From NCBI GenBank assembly GCA_026414305.1, contig JAOAJH010000002.1, forward strand, positions 39,998 through 103,997: a stretch of 64,000 nt of DNA. The letters run 5' to 3'. This document shows positions 1 through 10,080 of this stretch, in pieces. The notes below the pieces were generated by a model that worked only from the letters and a program-made list of their open reading frames with translations, was not told the origin of the DNA and searched no databases. How positions within the stretch are numbered: the stretch's first letter is position 1; the number at the start of each line of letters is the position of its first letter. Both the position numbers and the translations under genes were made by a program. Origin of the DNA: Candidatus Aenigmatarchaeota archaeon. Its GTDB lineage: Archaea > Aenigmatarchaeota > Aenigmatarchaeia > CG10238-14.

Positions 1-226
1 TTGTTAGCATGAAAAAAACGTCATTGTATTTATACAATCCTTTGTCTTCAATGGGTTCTAATTTTGTTTTTATATCTTCCAATTGTTTTGGATGTGTAAA
101 ATCTCCTGTACCTAGTAGATTTAAGCCTTTGATTTTAGCATAATTTGACAGGATTTCTATATCCATTTCTTTGCTTGTTGCTCTAGCATATTTGCTATGT
201 AAATGTAAATCTGCAAAAATTTTCAT
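1..226 (-). CDS. Endonuclease Q (EndoQ)-like PHP-domain nuclease. N-terminal part only; the gene continues past the window start.
   Basis: Reverse-strand translation from the ATG at 226 gives MKIFADLHLHSKYARATSKEMDIEILSNYAKIKGLNLLGTGDFTHP.... The DLHxHSxYS and KGLNLxGTGD motifs are typical of archaeal EndoQ / PHP N-termini. Confidence 0.6.
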   Translation of the reverse strand, partial: MKIFADLHLHSKYARATSKEMDIEILSNYAKIKGLNLLGTGDFTHPKQLEDIKTKLEPIEDKGLYKYNDVFFMLT

Positions 227-404
227 AAAAAATATATGAAAAACAAAAATTAATTTAACAATTCTTCGCTTATTTTTACAAGCTCACAATCGTTGGTACA
301 GAAAAGCTTGTGTTCATTACACAAAAATATATTCATATCTGATTTTTTTCCAATATAATAGTTTTGATGTAGGTTGTCTCCACAAACTATGCAGTGCATA
401 ATAA

Positions 405-421
405 TATAACGGTGTTATAAT
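405..421. promoter_or_regulatory. 17-bp palindromic motif TATAACGGTGTTATAAT, copy 1
   Basis: An identical 17-mer recurs at 19241-19257. The inverted repeat is TTATAAC-GGT-GTTATAA. Confidence 0.4.
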
Positions 422-443
422 TTATAAAGGTTTAACAAAGTTA

Positions 444-1400
444 TTAAACATCCCTTATACCTTGCTCAGTAACCTTAAACACGCATTCAGCTGTTGGTAA
501 ATCGGGTGCGTCAACCATTTTTGCTATTTTTTTATCCTGAGTTGATTTTCTCAAATAAACTCTATATGTTGCTTGATGGGCAAGTATATGTCCTCCGACA
601 GGTGTTGTAGGATCACCAAACAACACCGCTGGATTTGCCAAAACTTGATTTGTCACATAAACTGCCAAGTTGTAAGTGTCTGCTAGCTTTTGCAATGTAT
701 GTAGATGTCTGTTCAATTTTTGCTGTCTTGGGGCCAATTCACCTCTCCCCACATAATCTGCCCTAAAGTGAGATGTTAAAGAATCCACAACTATAAGTTT
801 TATTTTATTCTGCTCTATCATTTCGTTTGCTTTTTCTATCAAAAACACCTGGTGATCGCTTGTATATGCCCTAGCAACAAAAATGTTTTTCAATACTTTT
901 TTGCTATCCAAACCAGATGCCTCCGCTATTTGAATTATTCTTTGAGGTCTAAACGTATTTTCAGTATCTATAAAAAGACAGTTTCCCTCCAAGCCACCTT
1001 TTTCTTTTGGTAATTGCACATTTACAGAAAGCTGAAAACCAAGCTGACTTTTTCCAGAGCCAAATTGACCAAACATTTCTGTTATTGCCTGTGTCTGTAC
1101 ACCCCCACCCAAAAGATCGTCAAGTGCCTTACTACCGGTTGTTATTCTTGCTGCTTTCTGTTGCTGTTCCCATACTTTATCTGCGGAAACAAACCCCATT
1201 TCAAGTAGATCTCTTGCATTTGTTATTATTTTCATTGCAGATGCTTCGCCTATTTCCAAAATAGATGCAAGTTCGCCTGGTGAAGAAACGGCTATGGCCA
1301 TTGGATCATTTAAGCCTACTTCTCTTAATTTCTCTGCCATTTTTGGGCCTACACCGGTAATATCCTCAAGTTCGTATTTTTTTTTCTCTTTTTCAGCCAT
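444..1400 (-). CDS. radA: DNA repair and recombination protein RadA
   Basis: N-terminal HhH ([16 protein letters not shown]). Walker [11 protein letters not shown]. Walker B LIVVDS. RecA/Rad51/RadA fold, 318 aa. Confidence 0.95.
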   Translation of the reverse strand: MAEKEKKKYELEDITGVGPKMAEKLREVGLNDPMAIAVSSPGELASILEIGEASAMKIITNARDLLEMGFVSADKVWEQQQKAARITTGSKALDDLLGGGVQTQAITEMFGQFGSGKSQLGFQLSVNVQLPKEKGGLEGNCLFIDTENTFRPQRIIQIAEASGLDSKKVLKNIFVARAYTSDHQVFLIEKANEMIEQNKIKLIVVDSLTSHFRADYVGRGELAPRQQKLNRHLHTLQKLADTYNLAVYVTNQVLANPAVLFGDPTTPVGGHILAHQATYRVYLRKSTQDKKIAKMVDAPDLPTAECVFKVTEQGIRDV

Positions 1401-2370
1401 CTTTACTCAACTCCTCTATAATTTTTTCACTTTGCTCTAAAACATCAATGTCTTCAATTTGATTAACAACTAATTCTAAATTTTCAAAGATTTTATTCTT
1501 TTGTATTTTACCTTTAAATAGAAACTCTTTACCAAGAATGTTTTCTTTGATTAACTTTATTGCCTCTTCGTGAGTGATGTCTTTGAGAGTTTTTACATCA
1601 AGATCAGAAACTTCTTTTGCAGCATCCCTGAAAAAAACCGCTCTCATTGTTCCTGTGCCATCATCAATAACCGCTGTTATTATCATATTCGTTTCAGGCT
1701 CAATTTTTCCATCATTCTGGCAAACAGAAATATCTTTGTCGACTTTGCTTTTGCATTTAGGGCATGTGTAAAATACAGGCGGTGTGTTAAAAACATCTAC
1801 AATCATGGCTTTGATCTGAAAATAACCTTCAGTTGCGTCTTTAATTTTTATTTCAGTTGTTTTTTTAACTTGGACAGGAATGTCCTCTTCTATCTTTTTT
1901 ATAGAGCTTGTTCTATATAGAACTATATCTATGTTACCAAAAGCTGACTGTTTTGAGGCAACATTTTTTAATTCTAAAACCTCGCCTATAGAAACTTGGT
2001 CTGCTATATCTGTCTGTTTATCCCACAAAGGAATCTTTGCTTCTCCTGTGCCATCTGAAATTATTATATTCCTTACACTACCTTCGGAACCATCTTTTTT
2101 TGCAAACGTTCTCAAAGGTGTTATTGACACTATCTTTCCTTTTAAATTGACTCTTTTCATTTCAGGTTTTATGTCTTTTATAGAATAAAATTTTTCATTT
2201 GATTTCAAAAGATCTATCCCCAAATCTCTTGCAACAAGATGTGCTGCACCTTCTTCAGAAACAAGACCTGATAACTCGTCCTGCTTTTTCTTTATCAATT
2301 TTTGCAGGTCTTTTTTGCTCTTTCCAGACTTTGTTTCAAGCTCAGACAATATCTCTTCTATACTCAGCAT
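1393..2370 (-). CDS. Replication protein A (ssDNA-binding, OB-fold) with a C4 zinc ribbon
   Basis: OB-fold-like repeats and a CPKCKSKV...CQNDGK zinc ribbon. The stop overlaps the radA start by 8 nt, suggesting an operon. Confidence 0.75.
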   Translation of the reverse strand: MLSIEEILSELETKSGKSKKDLQKLIKKKQDELSGLVSEEGAAHLVARDLGIDLLKSNEKFYSIKDIKPEMKRVNLKGKIVSITPLRTFAKKDGSEGSVRNIIISDGTGEAKIPLWDKQTDIADQVSIGEVLELKNVASKQSAFGNIDIVLYRTSSIKKIEEDIPVQVKKTTEIKIKDATEGYFQIKAMIVDVFNTPPVFYTCPKCKSKVDKDISVCQNDGKIEPETNMIITAVIDDGTGTMRAVFFRDAAKEVSDLDVKTLKDITHEEAIKLIKENILGKEFLFKGKIQKNKIFENLELVVNQIEDIDVLEQSEKIIEELSKDG

Positions 2371-2401
2371 GAATAGATTATATAAAATAAAACTGAAATA
2401 G

Positions 2402-2635
2402 TTATTTTGTCACTTTTTTTCTTGCCATCCTTACATCCGACTCTATTATTGTTTTTCTGCCAGCATGAGAAGCTAATGCTGCTGCTTCTGCTGAAAGTCT
2501 ACTCACATAATCGGACATTCTTGAAGCAAACTCTTTCATTGCACCTTTTGACACTCTTTTTGCCCCAGCTTTTTTCAAAATTCTTTCAAAAGGCATAAGA
2601 GGCAGTTTTTCCTTATCTTTGGCCATATTTATCAA
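2402..2635 (-). CDS. Archaeal histone (HMf-like histone fold). The likely true start is the internal MAKDKEK.
   Basis: LPLMPFERILKKAGAKRVSKGAMKEF...LASHAGRKTIIESDVRMA aligns with the HMfA/B histone fold (ELPIAPIGRIIK...HAGRKTIKAEDIELA). Confidence 0.9.
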   Translation of the reverse strand: MINMAKDKEKLPLMPFERILKKAGAKRVSKGAMKEFASRMSDYVSRLSAEAAALASHAGRKTIIESDVRMARKKVTK

Positions 2636-2658
2636 TTATTTTTTTGAAAAATGATATT

Positions 2659-5600
2659 TTAAGTATATTGTTTCTGCAATTTATCAATGACATCGTTATA
2701 TTCTGATACTAAATCGTTTATTTTTGATACAATTTTTTCGTCTCCTGTGTAATCTATTTTATGTGATCCATCTTGAAATATAACTCTAGCATGACCTTCT
2801 GGGGATTTTATGTTATAAACAAGTTGATTTGAATTTTGATATATGTCCAACCTTAACAATCCCTTTTGAATATAACCATGAATTTCATTTTCATGAATTT
2901 CAGCATATATTTGTTTGTCAAACGATTTGTATTCTATTGTTCTTTTACCGTCAATATCTTTGATACTTATTTCTTTATCAAAAATTTTGCTGTAAATTAG
3001 ATATATGTTTGATATTATTTTTTGAAATGGAATCAAAACGTCTTGAACAAAATTGTTAGATATTTTAAACCAGGTATATCTTGGCCCAACTGTATACTCT
3101 CCTTCAAGCAAAGCTGTCACAGAATATGTCCCTGGCTTCAAGTTAAGATTAAAGCTGACCTTGTTTTCACCTGGTTCAAGATCAACTTCTTTTGTAAAAT
3201 TGTAACTTGAATCATAGCTTTCAACAAAAAATGTCAGATTATACCTTGCCTTTTTGTCTGAATATATGATAAAATCAAGAGAAGAATATTTAAAATATAT
3301 ATCTAAAATTTCTATGTGAGATTTGTATGTTACATTTATGTCAATTTTTTGAATTATCTCTTTTCCTTCACTATAATATATCAAAGGTATGAATGTATAT
3401 TCAATTTTTTTTCTATTATCCAAAAGCTCGTATGTTTCATAATATAATATTTTTTCAGGAAAACCTTGACTATGAATTGTTGAATTTGTAAAATACTTTG
3501 AATTATTTCTATAATAAACATTTTCTATTATTGTGTCTTTAGGGAAAACTATACCATCTGAGTATATAGGTATAATTTTGTCATTTATATACAGAATATC
3601 ATCTGCATCATAAAAGTAAATATTACCATCTATCACTGTATAATTTGGTGTTATTGAAAAAGACATCACCAAAGTGCTTCCATTAACATATATTTTTGGT
3701 GACTTTTTGAATTCTATAAAAGGATCATATATTTTTGAAGGTTCTCCGAGAATGTTTCTTGTGTAATATTCTTTTTTATAATGGTTCATTGTGTTAAAAT
3801 CAAGATTTATCAGTGTTTTAAAAAATTTCACTAGACTGTTTTTACCATTCTTTATAGCAAAACCAATTTCTTGATCAAGTGAATTTAAAATGATTCCTGA
3901 AGCTTTAATTGATTCTTGATAGTGAGCGTTTCCAGTGGTAATAACTGATGTTAAAGCTCCTATTTTATTCAAATTTTCATATGTATCAAAGCTGTTTGTG
4001 TAATATAAATAAAATAAAGAAGGTGTAATAGGCAATGAAGTTATTTTGATAAAACTTTTGTTTGGTGCTTCAAAATGAGATTTGTTTCCATATGCCATAT
4101 AAATTATTACATCCTTGTCATGAATAAAATCTATGAAATTTTCTTCAGTATAAATAGGTATATGTTTTTCTTCAAAATCATGTCCTTTTAACATTTTATC
4201 TATAATTGTTTCTATGTCAAACTCTAAAGTTATATAAGCAATTTCTTTTGAGATAGAAAAAAAGTCAAAAAATTGTAAAATACTTTCATATAAATCATTG
4301 CTACTTGGAATCTTTTCATAAAAATTAGATAACTTGCTTTTGATCGTATTCTTGTCAACAATTTCATATTCTGATCTCTTTTCAACTAAACGTGTGGCAT
4401 TGAAATAAAAAAGGTTGTCTTGAATTTTTATACCCTCAAGCATAAGAATTGAACCGAATGCCAAATTTGATATAGTGTCATTAGAATAAACTGAAACTAT
4501 CAAAGCATTCTTTGTTTTTCTAGGTTCCATTTCAAGCTGATATGATATTTCTTCGGCACTTCCAATTAAACGACCTACTGATAAATCAAGATAGTAATCT
4601 TCATTTATATCGGCATAAGGCGTGTCTGTATATATTTTATTTCCATCAAAATCACTAAACTTGTTGTCATCTACTGGATCATCTACCAAAAACATGGGAA
4701 CGTCAATCAAAGTCAAGAAAAATTTTTCGTTTCTTTTAAAATCAATTGTCCTTTCAAATTTTGTAAATTTGATTGTGTTTTTTAATATATTTTTTGTCTC
4801 TTGAGCATCAAAACTAGAAAATTCAATATAGGCATTTTTACGAAATCCTAAATTAGCTGCAAAAATTGAATTTTCTTTTTCCGTATTTGTTAAAACAATA
4901 TAATTTGTTTTTTTATCCTGTAAATAATATTTTATTTGATCTTTATTTTCAATTATTTTAACACTTTTTGGGTTTATTAATTTCAGTAAATCTTGATTTG
5001 GGTTTATTAGTATACTATTTCCGATCATAGAAGCTTTTATTGCTGTTTCTTTGTCACGAACTATAGTTATATCCTTCTCTTTGAAAAAAATTATGTTCAT
5101 TGTTTCTTTGTCCAAATAATATGCATTATCATAACCACTAATGTTAGAATCCAATATGAAAATTGAATTAGGCTTGTAGTAATAAATAAATTCGTCTATT
5201 AAATGAGTTGAGTTTTCATAAATCAAAACAGGGTGTTTTGTTGACACAGATTCAATGTAATTTTTCCAGTCTTTGTTTGTTATTATAATTGTTTTGTCTT
5301 TTGATTTTGTTATAACATAAGATTCTGTGAAATTGCTAGCATATTTAGTAATTATTCTTATTGTTTTCTTTCCAAGAAAATTTGTCTTGTAAAAAAACTC
5401 CAAACCATATGTTCCGTTATTGTAATTTTTAAAATTTTTTATACTTACATCTTCTTCATTAATTTTCAATAATACCTCATCAAAAGTTATGTTTTTGATG
5501 GGACTATATTTTGAAAAAACATCAAAGAGCAAAAACTGTTTCTGGCTTTCATAAACAATTTTATTTTGATTGATCAGCAAGATTGCATCATTTTTAGTCT

Positions 5601-6621
5601 CTTCATTTGATATTGAAACATTTGGCCAGGGATCTGAATATAACATAACAAAAACATTGTCATACCAAGATGTTCTGTTCATAGGATAATTGGAATATCT
5701 GCTAAAACCAATACCACCAAATTCATAAGTTGAATCTCTTACATCAAAAACCAATGTGTCATTGAAATAAATTTTCATGTTTGGATAGTTTCTAATTACT
5801 GTGAATTTGTACCATTGGTTTAATTTTGGCTTTGACAAATTGTACAAGGAATAATTATATGGATAAACTGCGCCCATGCTGGTTTGATTTAATATAGTAG
5901 TATTTTCTTCATATACTTTTCTCAAGTTGAAAGACCATCCGCCAACACCGGATCCTATCTGATATTCCCAATGAGAATTATATCTATATCCCCTGAGATT
6001 GTTGACATTAAATGATATACCAAAGCTCCATACATCAGCCTCTGTGCCAACAGAAGCGTAGGCGGTGTAAATAAATTTGGTCAAATTAACATTTTTGTTG
6101 TACATAGTTCTCCAACTAGTAGTCAAACCTGTAGAAAAAATTGATCTTAAACCATCAAAAGAATTTTGCGAGTCTATAAACCAAGTGTTAGGCTCATAAA
6201 CCCATCCTCTTTGAGACAAATTTGGATCTTCAAAGCTATCATAAAAATAGTATACATTTGCTTTGTTTGATTTAGGGTTGTATGGCTTGGTGTTTCCATA
6301 GTACAAATAATATTTATCTGTTTGGCTTTTGTTAAACAACTTGAACAATACATCGGTTTTCAAGCTATTGCAATTAATCAAATCTCTATCTATCTCTACA
6401 TTGTTTAAAACTATTATAAAGTCGGAACAGTCTGTTTTCAACCTGCCATTATTTATTAAGGTGAGCGTATCTATGGTAAAATTGATAGTAAAATTTTCTT
6501 GAATTTTTTCAATATCATGAATTTTTATTTCTCTTCTATATTTGAAATCTTCACTAAACCAAGCATATGACGATTGTAAAGATATCAGAAAAATAAAAAA
6601 TATCAGAAAAAATTTTTTCAT
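2659..6621 (-). CDS. Giant secreted/surface protein (1320 aa) with an N-terminal signal peptide. Candidate S-layer or surface glycoprotein.
   Basis: Signal peptide MKKFFLIFFIFLISLQSSYA. Very many N-x-S/T sequons, rich in Asn/Tyr/Ser, no TM segment after the signal peptide. Lies directly beside the glycosylation island. Confidence 0.7.
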   Translation of the reverse strand: MKKFFLIFFIFLISLQSSYAWFSEDFKYRREIKIHDIEKIQENFTINFTIDTLTLINNGRLKTDCSDFIIVLNNVEIDRDLINCNSLKTDVLFKLFNKSQTDKYYLYYGNTKPYNPKSNKANVYYFYDSFEDPNLSQRGWVYEPNTWFIDSQNSFDGLRSIFSTGLTTSWRTMYNKNVNLTKFIYTAYASVGTEADVWSFGISFNVNNLRGYRYNSHWEYQIGSGVGGWSFNLRKVYEENTTILNQTSMGAVYPYNYSLYNLSKPKLNQWYKFTVIRNYPNMKIYFNDTLVFDVRDSTYEFGGIGFSRYSNYPMNRTSWYDNVFVMLYSDPWPNVSISNEETKNDAILLINQNKIVYESQKQFLLFDVFSKYSPIKNITFDEVLLKINEEDVSIKNFKNYNNGTYGLEFFYKTNFLGKKTIRIITKYASNFTESYVITKSKDKTIIITNKDWKNYIESVSTKHPVLIYENSTHLIDEFIYYYKPNSIFILDSNISGYDNAYYLDKETMNIIFFKEKDITIVRDKETAIKASMIGNSILINPNQDLLKLINPKSVKIIENKDQIKYYLQDKKTNYIVLTNTEKENSIFAANLGFRKNAYIEFSSFDAQETKNILKNTIKFTKFERTIDFKRNEKFFLTLIDVPMFLVDDPVDDNKFSDFDGNKIYTDTPYADINEDYYLDLSVGRLIGSAEEISYQLEMEPRKTKNALIVSVYSNDTISNLAFGSILMLEGIKIQDNLFYFNATRLVEKRSEYEIVDKNTIKSKLSNFYEKIPSSNDLYESILQFFDFFSISKEIAYITLEFDIETIIDKMLKGHDFEEKHIPIYTEENFIDFIHDKDVIIYMAYGNKSHFEAPNKSFIKITSLPITPSLFYLYYTNSFDTYENLNKIGALTSVITTGNAHYQESIKASGIILNSLDQEIGFAIKNGKNSLVKFFKTLINLDFNTMNHYKKEYYTRNILGEPSKIYDPFIEFKKSPKIYVNGSTLVMSFSITPNYTVIDGNIYFYDADDILYINDKIIPIYSDGIVFPKDTIIENVYYRNNSKYFTNSTIHSQGFPEKILYYETYELLDNRKKIEYTFIPLIYYSEGKEIIQKIDINVTYKSHIEILDIYFKYSSLDFIIYSDKKARYNLTFFVESYDSSYNFTKEVDLEPGENKVSFNLNLKPGTYSVTALLEGEYTVGPRYTWFKISNNFVQDVLIPFQKIISNIYLIYSKIFDKEISIKDIDGKRTIEYKSFDKQIYAEIHENEIHGYIQKGLLRLDIYQNSNQLVYNIKSPEGHARVIFQDGSHKIDYTGDEKIVSKINDLVSEYNDVIDKLQKQYT

Positions 6622-6734
6622 AATTATATAAAAATTAAATTTAGTCTTAAAGTGATTGTTTACTTTTTGCTCAATTATTTTGAAAAAAATGAATATTGTA
6701 AATAAATAAATTTCTTGACTTTAATTTATTTTCA

Positions 6735-7796
6735 ATGAAATATGTGCTATTTTTTGATATTTTTGATGAATTGGGTGGTGCCGAAAGGGTTGCAATAACT
6801 TTGGCTAGAAAATTAAAGGCTGATATATACACTACATATGTCAATTGGAATCTGTTTGAAAAGGAGCTAAAAGGAATAAAAATAAATGAAATAGGCCTAA
6901 AATTTAAAAATTCAAAACTTCTGACATACAGCGAAATAGCGTGGAGGTTTTCTAAACTAAAATTGCATGGATATGATCACTATCTTTTTATGAGATTATA
7001 TTGCATTTCAGCATCAAAAAACAACCACCCAAATACATGGATATGTTCAAGTCCAATAAGATCTGTTTATGATTTACATGATTTCATCTACAAAAATCTA
7101 AAATTATGGCAAAAACCAATTTTTAAGCTATGGTGTTTAATTTACAAACAATTTGACAAAAAATGGGTTAAAAATTTTGATAATATAACTGCAAATTCCC
7201 AAAATGTTGCAAATAGACTTGAAAAATATTATGGAATCAAAGCCAAGGTGACATATCATCCTGTTGAAGTGGAAAAATACAAGTGCAAAGATTATGAAGA
7301 TTTTTATTTTGCTCCTGGAAGATTTGTTAAAGAAAAAAGAATTGACTTGATAATTAAAGCATTTAAAAAAATGCCTGAAAAAAAACTTATAATAACTGGA
7401 GACGGCCCTGAAAGAGAAAAGCTGCACAAGCTTGCTAAAGATGCTAAAAATATAGAATTTAAAGGAAATGTCAGCTTTGAAGAAATTATAGACTTGTATT
7501 CCAGATGTACGGCAACAATCTACATGCCTGTAAATGAAGATTATGGTCTTGTTCCAATAGAATCAATGGCATCTGGTAAGCCTTGCATAGCGGCAAATGA
7601 AGGTGGTCCTAAAGAGACCATAATAAACGGTAAGACTGGGTTTTTGATAGAGGCTAAAGAGGATGAAATAATAAAATATGTAAATATGCTGACACCAGAA
7701 AAATCCAAAGAAATGAAAAATGAATGCATGAAAAGAGCTAAATTTTTCTCAACTGAGAACTTTATAAAACAAATAAAGACAATAATTGAAAAGTAA
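6735..7796 (+). CDS. Glycosyltransferase family 1 (GT4-type)
   Basis: C-terminal GT1 signature EDYGLVPIESMASGKPCIAANEGGPKETIINGKTGFL. Confidence 0.85.
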   Translation: MKYVLFFDIFDELGGAERVAITLARKLKADIYTTYVNWNLFEKELKGIKINEIGLKFKNSKLLTYSEIAWRFSKLKLHGYDHYLFMRLYCISASKNNHPNTWICSSPIRSVYDLHDFIYKNLKLWQKPIFKLWCLIYKQFDKKWVKNFDNITANSQNVANRLEKYYGIKAKVTYHPVEVEKYKCKDYEDFYFAPGRFVKEKRIDLIIKAFKKMPEKKLIITGDGPEREKLHKLAKDAKNIEFKGNVSFEEIIDLYSRCTATIYMPVNEDYGLVPIESMASGKPCIAANEGGPKETIINGKTGFLIEAKEDEIIKYVNMLTPEKSKEMKNECMKRAKFFSTENFIKQIKTIIEK

Positions 7797-7808
7797 TTTA
7801 TTCTTTCA

Positions 7809-8441
7809 ATGAAATATCAATTTATGAATTTCAAAGAGCATTATGACCGAGTGGGTAAAAAGGAAATAAAGACAATAAACAGAACTGATAGAATAAGATA
7901 TGAAACTTTTGCAAAAATGATAAAAGATGGCTCATCCGTCCTTGACATAGGTTCTAGAGAAGGTGAATTGAAAAATTTTCTTGGAAAAAAATGCAAGTAT
8001 ATTGCAGCTGATATAAGCAAGCCACGCATAGACAGGCTTTTGAAAAAAGGCATTCAGGCGTATTGTTTTGATATTTGTGAACAGCTTCCAGTCGAACTGG
8101 AAAACAAGTTTGATTATGTCGTCTTAGGTGAAGTAATCGAACATCTTACAAGGCCTTATGATGCTTTACTCAATATAAAAAAGGCATTGAATAATAAAGG
8201 GATTCTGATAGGATCTACACCAAATCTTTACTCGCTAAATAGAATGTTGAGCAGACTAATAGGCATGGGTCCTGACAATTATAATCAAGAGCATATAATA
8301 GCTTTTGATGTAGTTGAGCTGAAAAACATGTTAAAATATGCTGGATTCAAGGTTTTAATGATCAAAAGATCCACTTTGATGTATATGCCGATAGATACAT
8401 TTTTCGGTTGGCATATATTTTTTAAGGCTCAAAAATATTAA
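7809..8441 (+). CDS. Class I SAM-dependent methyltransferase
   Basis: Motif I VLDIGSREGEL. Rossmann MTase layout. Confidence 0.75.
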   Translation: MKYQFMNFKEHYDRVGKKEIKTINRTDRIRYETFAKMIKDGSSVLDIGSREGELKNFLGKKCKYIAADISKPRIDRLLKKGIQAYCFDICEQLPVELENKFDYVVLGEVIEHLTRPYDALLNIKKALNNKGILIGSTPNLYSLNRMLSRLIGMGPDNYNQEHIIAFDVVELKNMLKYAGFKVLMIKRSTLMYMPIDTFFGWHIFFKAQKY

Positions 8442-8456
8442 TTTTTTGGTGGTATT

Positions 8457-9452
8457 ATGAAAATACTTGTCACTGGTGGCGCTGGTTTTATGGGTTCTTG
8501 GTTAGTAGACGAACTTTTAAAAAGAGGTCATGATGTAACAAGTGTTGATGATTTAAGTGGGGGTTTTATGAGAAATGTCAACCCAAAATGCAAATTCATA
8601 AAAATGGATGTGAGAAACAAAAAGGGGGTTGACAAGATAGTAAAAGGTGTGGATGTAATATTTCATTTAGCGGCTTATGCGGCGGAAGGGCAATCTGTTT
8701 TTTCGCCGATAGAAATCAACGACATAAATATAACTCCTATGAATAATCTGCTTGTTGCTGCTGTAAATAACAATGTTAAAAGATTTGTTTTCACTTCATC
8801 TATGGCTGTATATGGCGATCAAAAAACACCGTTCGATGAAAGTATGATTCCAAGGCCAGAAGATCCATATGGAATAAGCAAATATTATTGTGAAATGATG
8901 CTGAAAACTTTTGCTGAAACATTTGATTTCGAGTTTGTTGTAATAAGGCCGCATAATGTTTATGGGCCAAGGCAAAACATAGCAGACCCTTTTAGGAATG
9001 TTCTAGGCATATGGATTAATAGAATAATGAACAACAAGCCGCCAATAATATATGGTGATGGGCATCAGACAAGGGCGTTTTCCTTCATCGAAGATGTGAC
9101 ACCTGCTATAGCAAATGCTGGTTTTTATGACAAGTGTGTTAATCAGGTCATTAATGTTGGTAGCGAAGAAGTAACGTCAATAAATGAAGCTTGTAAAATA
9201 GTTTTAGAATCAATAGGGTCTGATTTTGAACCTATGTATGAACCTGCAAGACCAAGAGAGGTCAAGCATGCATTTTGTACAATAGAAAAATCCCAAAAGC
9301 TTCTGGATTATAAAACAAAAAATAATCTCAAAAAAGGTGTTAAAAAGATGGTTGAATGGGCGAAAGAAATAGGTCCGCAAAAACCTTCATACAGAATTCC
9401 TCTTGAAATAACAAAAAAAGCGCCAAAAGTTTGGGTACAAAAATTAATGTAA
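8457..9452 (+). CDS. NAD-dependent nucleotide-sugar epimerase/dehydratase
   Basis: MKILVTGGAGFMGSWLVDELLKRGHDV (GxxGxxG Rossmann). SDR extended family with YxxxK. Confidence 0.9.
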   Translation: MKILVTGGAGFMGSWLVDELLKRGHDVTSVDDLSGGFMRNVNPKCKFIKMDVRNKKGVDKIVKGVDVIFHLAAYAAEGQSVFSPIEINDINITPMNNLLVAAVNNNVKRFVFTSSMAVYGDQKTPFDESMIPRPEDPYGISKYYCEMMLKTFAETFDFEFVVIRPHNVYGPRQNIADPFRNVLGIWINRIMNNKPPIIYGDGHQTRAFSFIEDVTPAIANAGFYDKCVNQVINVGSEEVTSINEACKIVLESIGSDFEPMYEPARPREVKHAFCTIEKSQKLLDYKTKNNLKKGVKKMVEWAKEIGPQKPSYRIPLEITKKAPKVWVQKLM

Positions 9453-10079
9453 TCTTCTAGCTATAACTAACATTTGTTTTGCAAATGGTTTATATGGAGA
9501 TGACAGATATAGATTGAATAAAATTTTATTAAAAAATTTAGTTTCATTTGCTGAGAATGGCAAGAATCTTGGAATTATCTTTTCTATTTCAAACCCACAT
9601 GACGTTAAAATATCCTTTATATTTTTATGAGTCAGTATAGACTTGTGATCGTAATCATCAAAATACTCTCTATAAGCATAAAAATAGTTTGGGCTCAAAA
9701 TGACAAATTTGCCGTCTTTTTTTAAAATTTTATTCACTTTTTTTGATACCAAAAACACTTCATTCATTGTCAAATGTTCAAGCAAATTGCTACAAAATAC
9801 AACATCAAAATACTCTTTTTCAAAAGTTAATTTCTTACAATCTGAAATGTGTTTAATTACATCATTTTTGGCATATTTTAAAGGTATTGGTGATTTATCA
9901 AGTGCATGCTTTTCTTTAACATTAATATTATTTATAAAATAGCAATATCCAGAACCTAAATCTAAAACTTTATAGTCTTTTTTTATTGGAACTTTTTTTT
10001 GAATATATAATGATAATTCTTTCCATATTTTCTCTTTAATTTTTGAATGCTTGAATCTTGTATCAAAATATTTTTCCAT
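9444..10079 (-). CDS. Class I SAM-dependent methyltransferase
   Basis: VLDLGSGYCYF motif I and DVVFCSNLLEHL motif. Confidence 0.75.
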   Translation of the reverse strand: MEKYFDTRFKHSKIKEKIWKELSLYIQKKVPIKKDYKVLDLGSGYCYFINNINVKEKHALDKSPIPLKYAKNDVIKHISDCKKLTFEKEYFDVVFCSNLLEHLTMNEVFLVSKKVNKILKKDGKFVILSPNYFYAYREYFDDYDHKSILTHKNIKDILTSCGFEIEKIIPRFLPFSANETKFFNKILFNLYLSSPYKPFAKQMLVIARRLH

Positions 10080-10080
10080 A

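Noticed and set aside
1007-1264. Short antisense or overlapping ORFs in the six-frame track, for example 1007-1264, 1570-1920, 3022-3210, 7137-7427, 22242-22568, 33216-33473 and 51296-51595
   Set aside because: They lie entirely inside strongly supported genes on the opposite strand or in another frame. Their translations are low-complexity and AT-codon driven, with no motifs.
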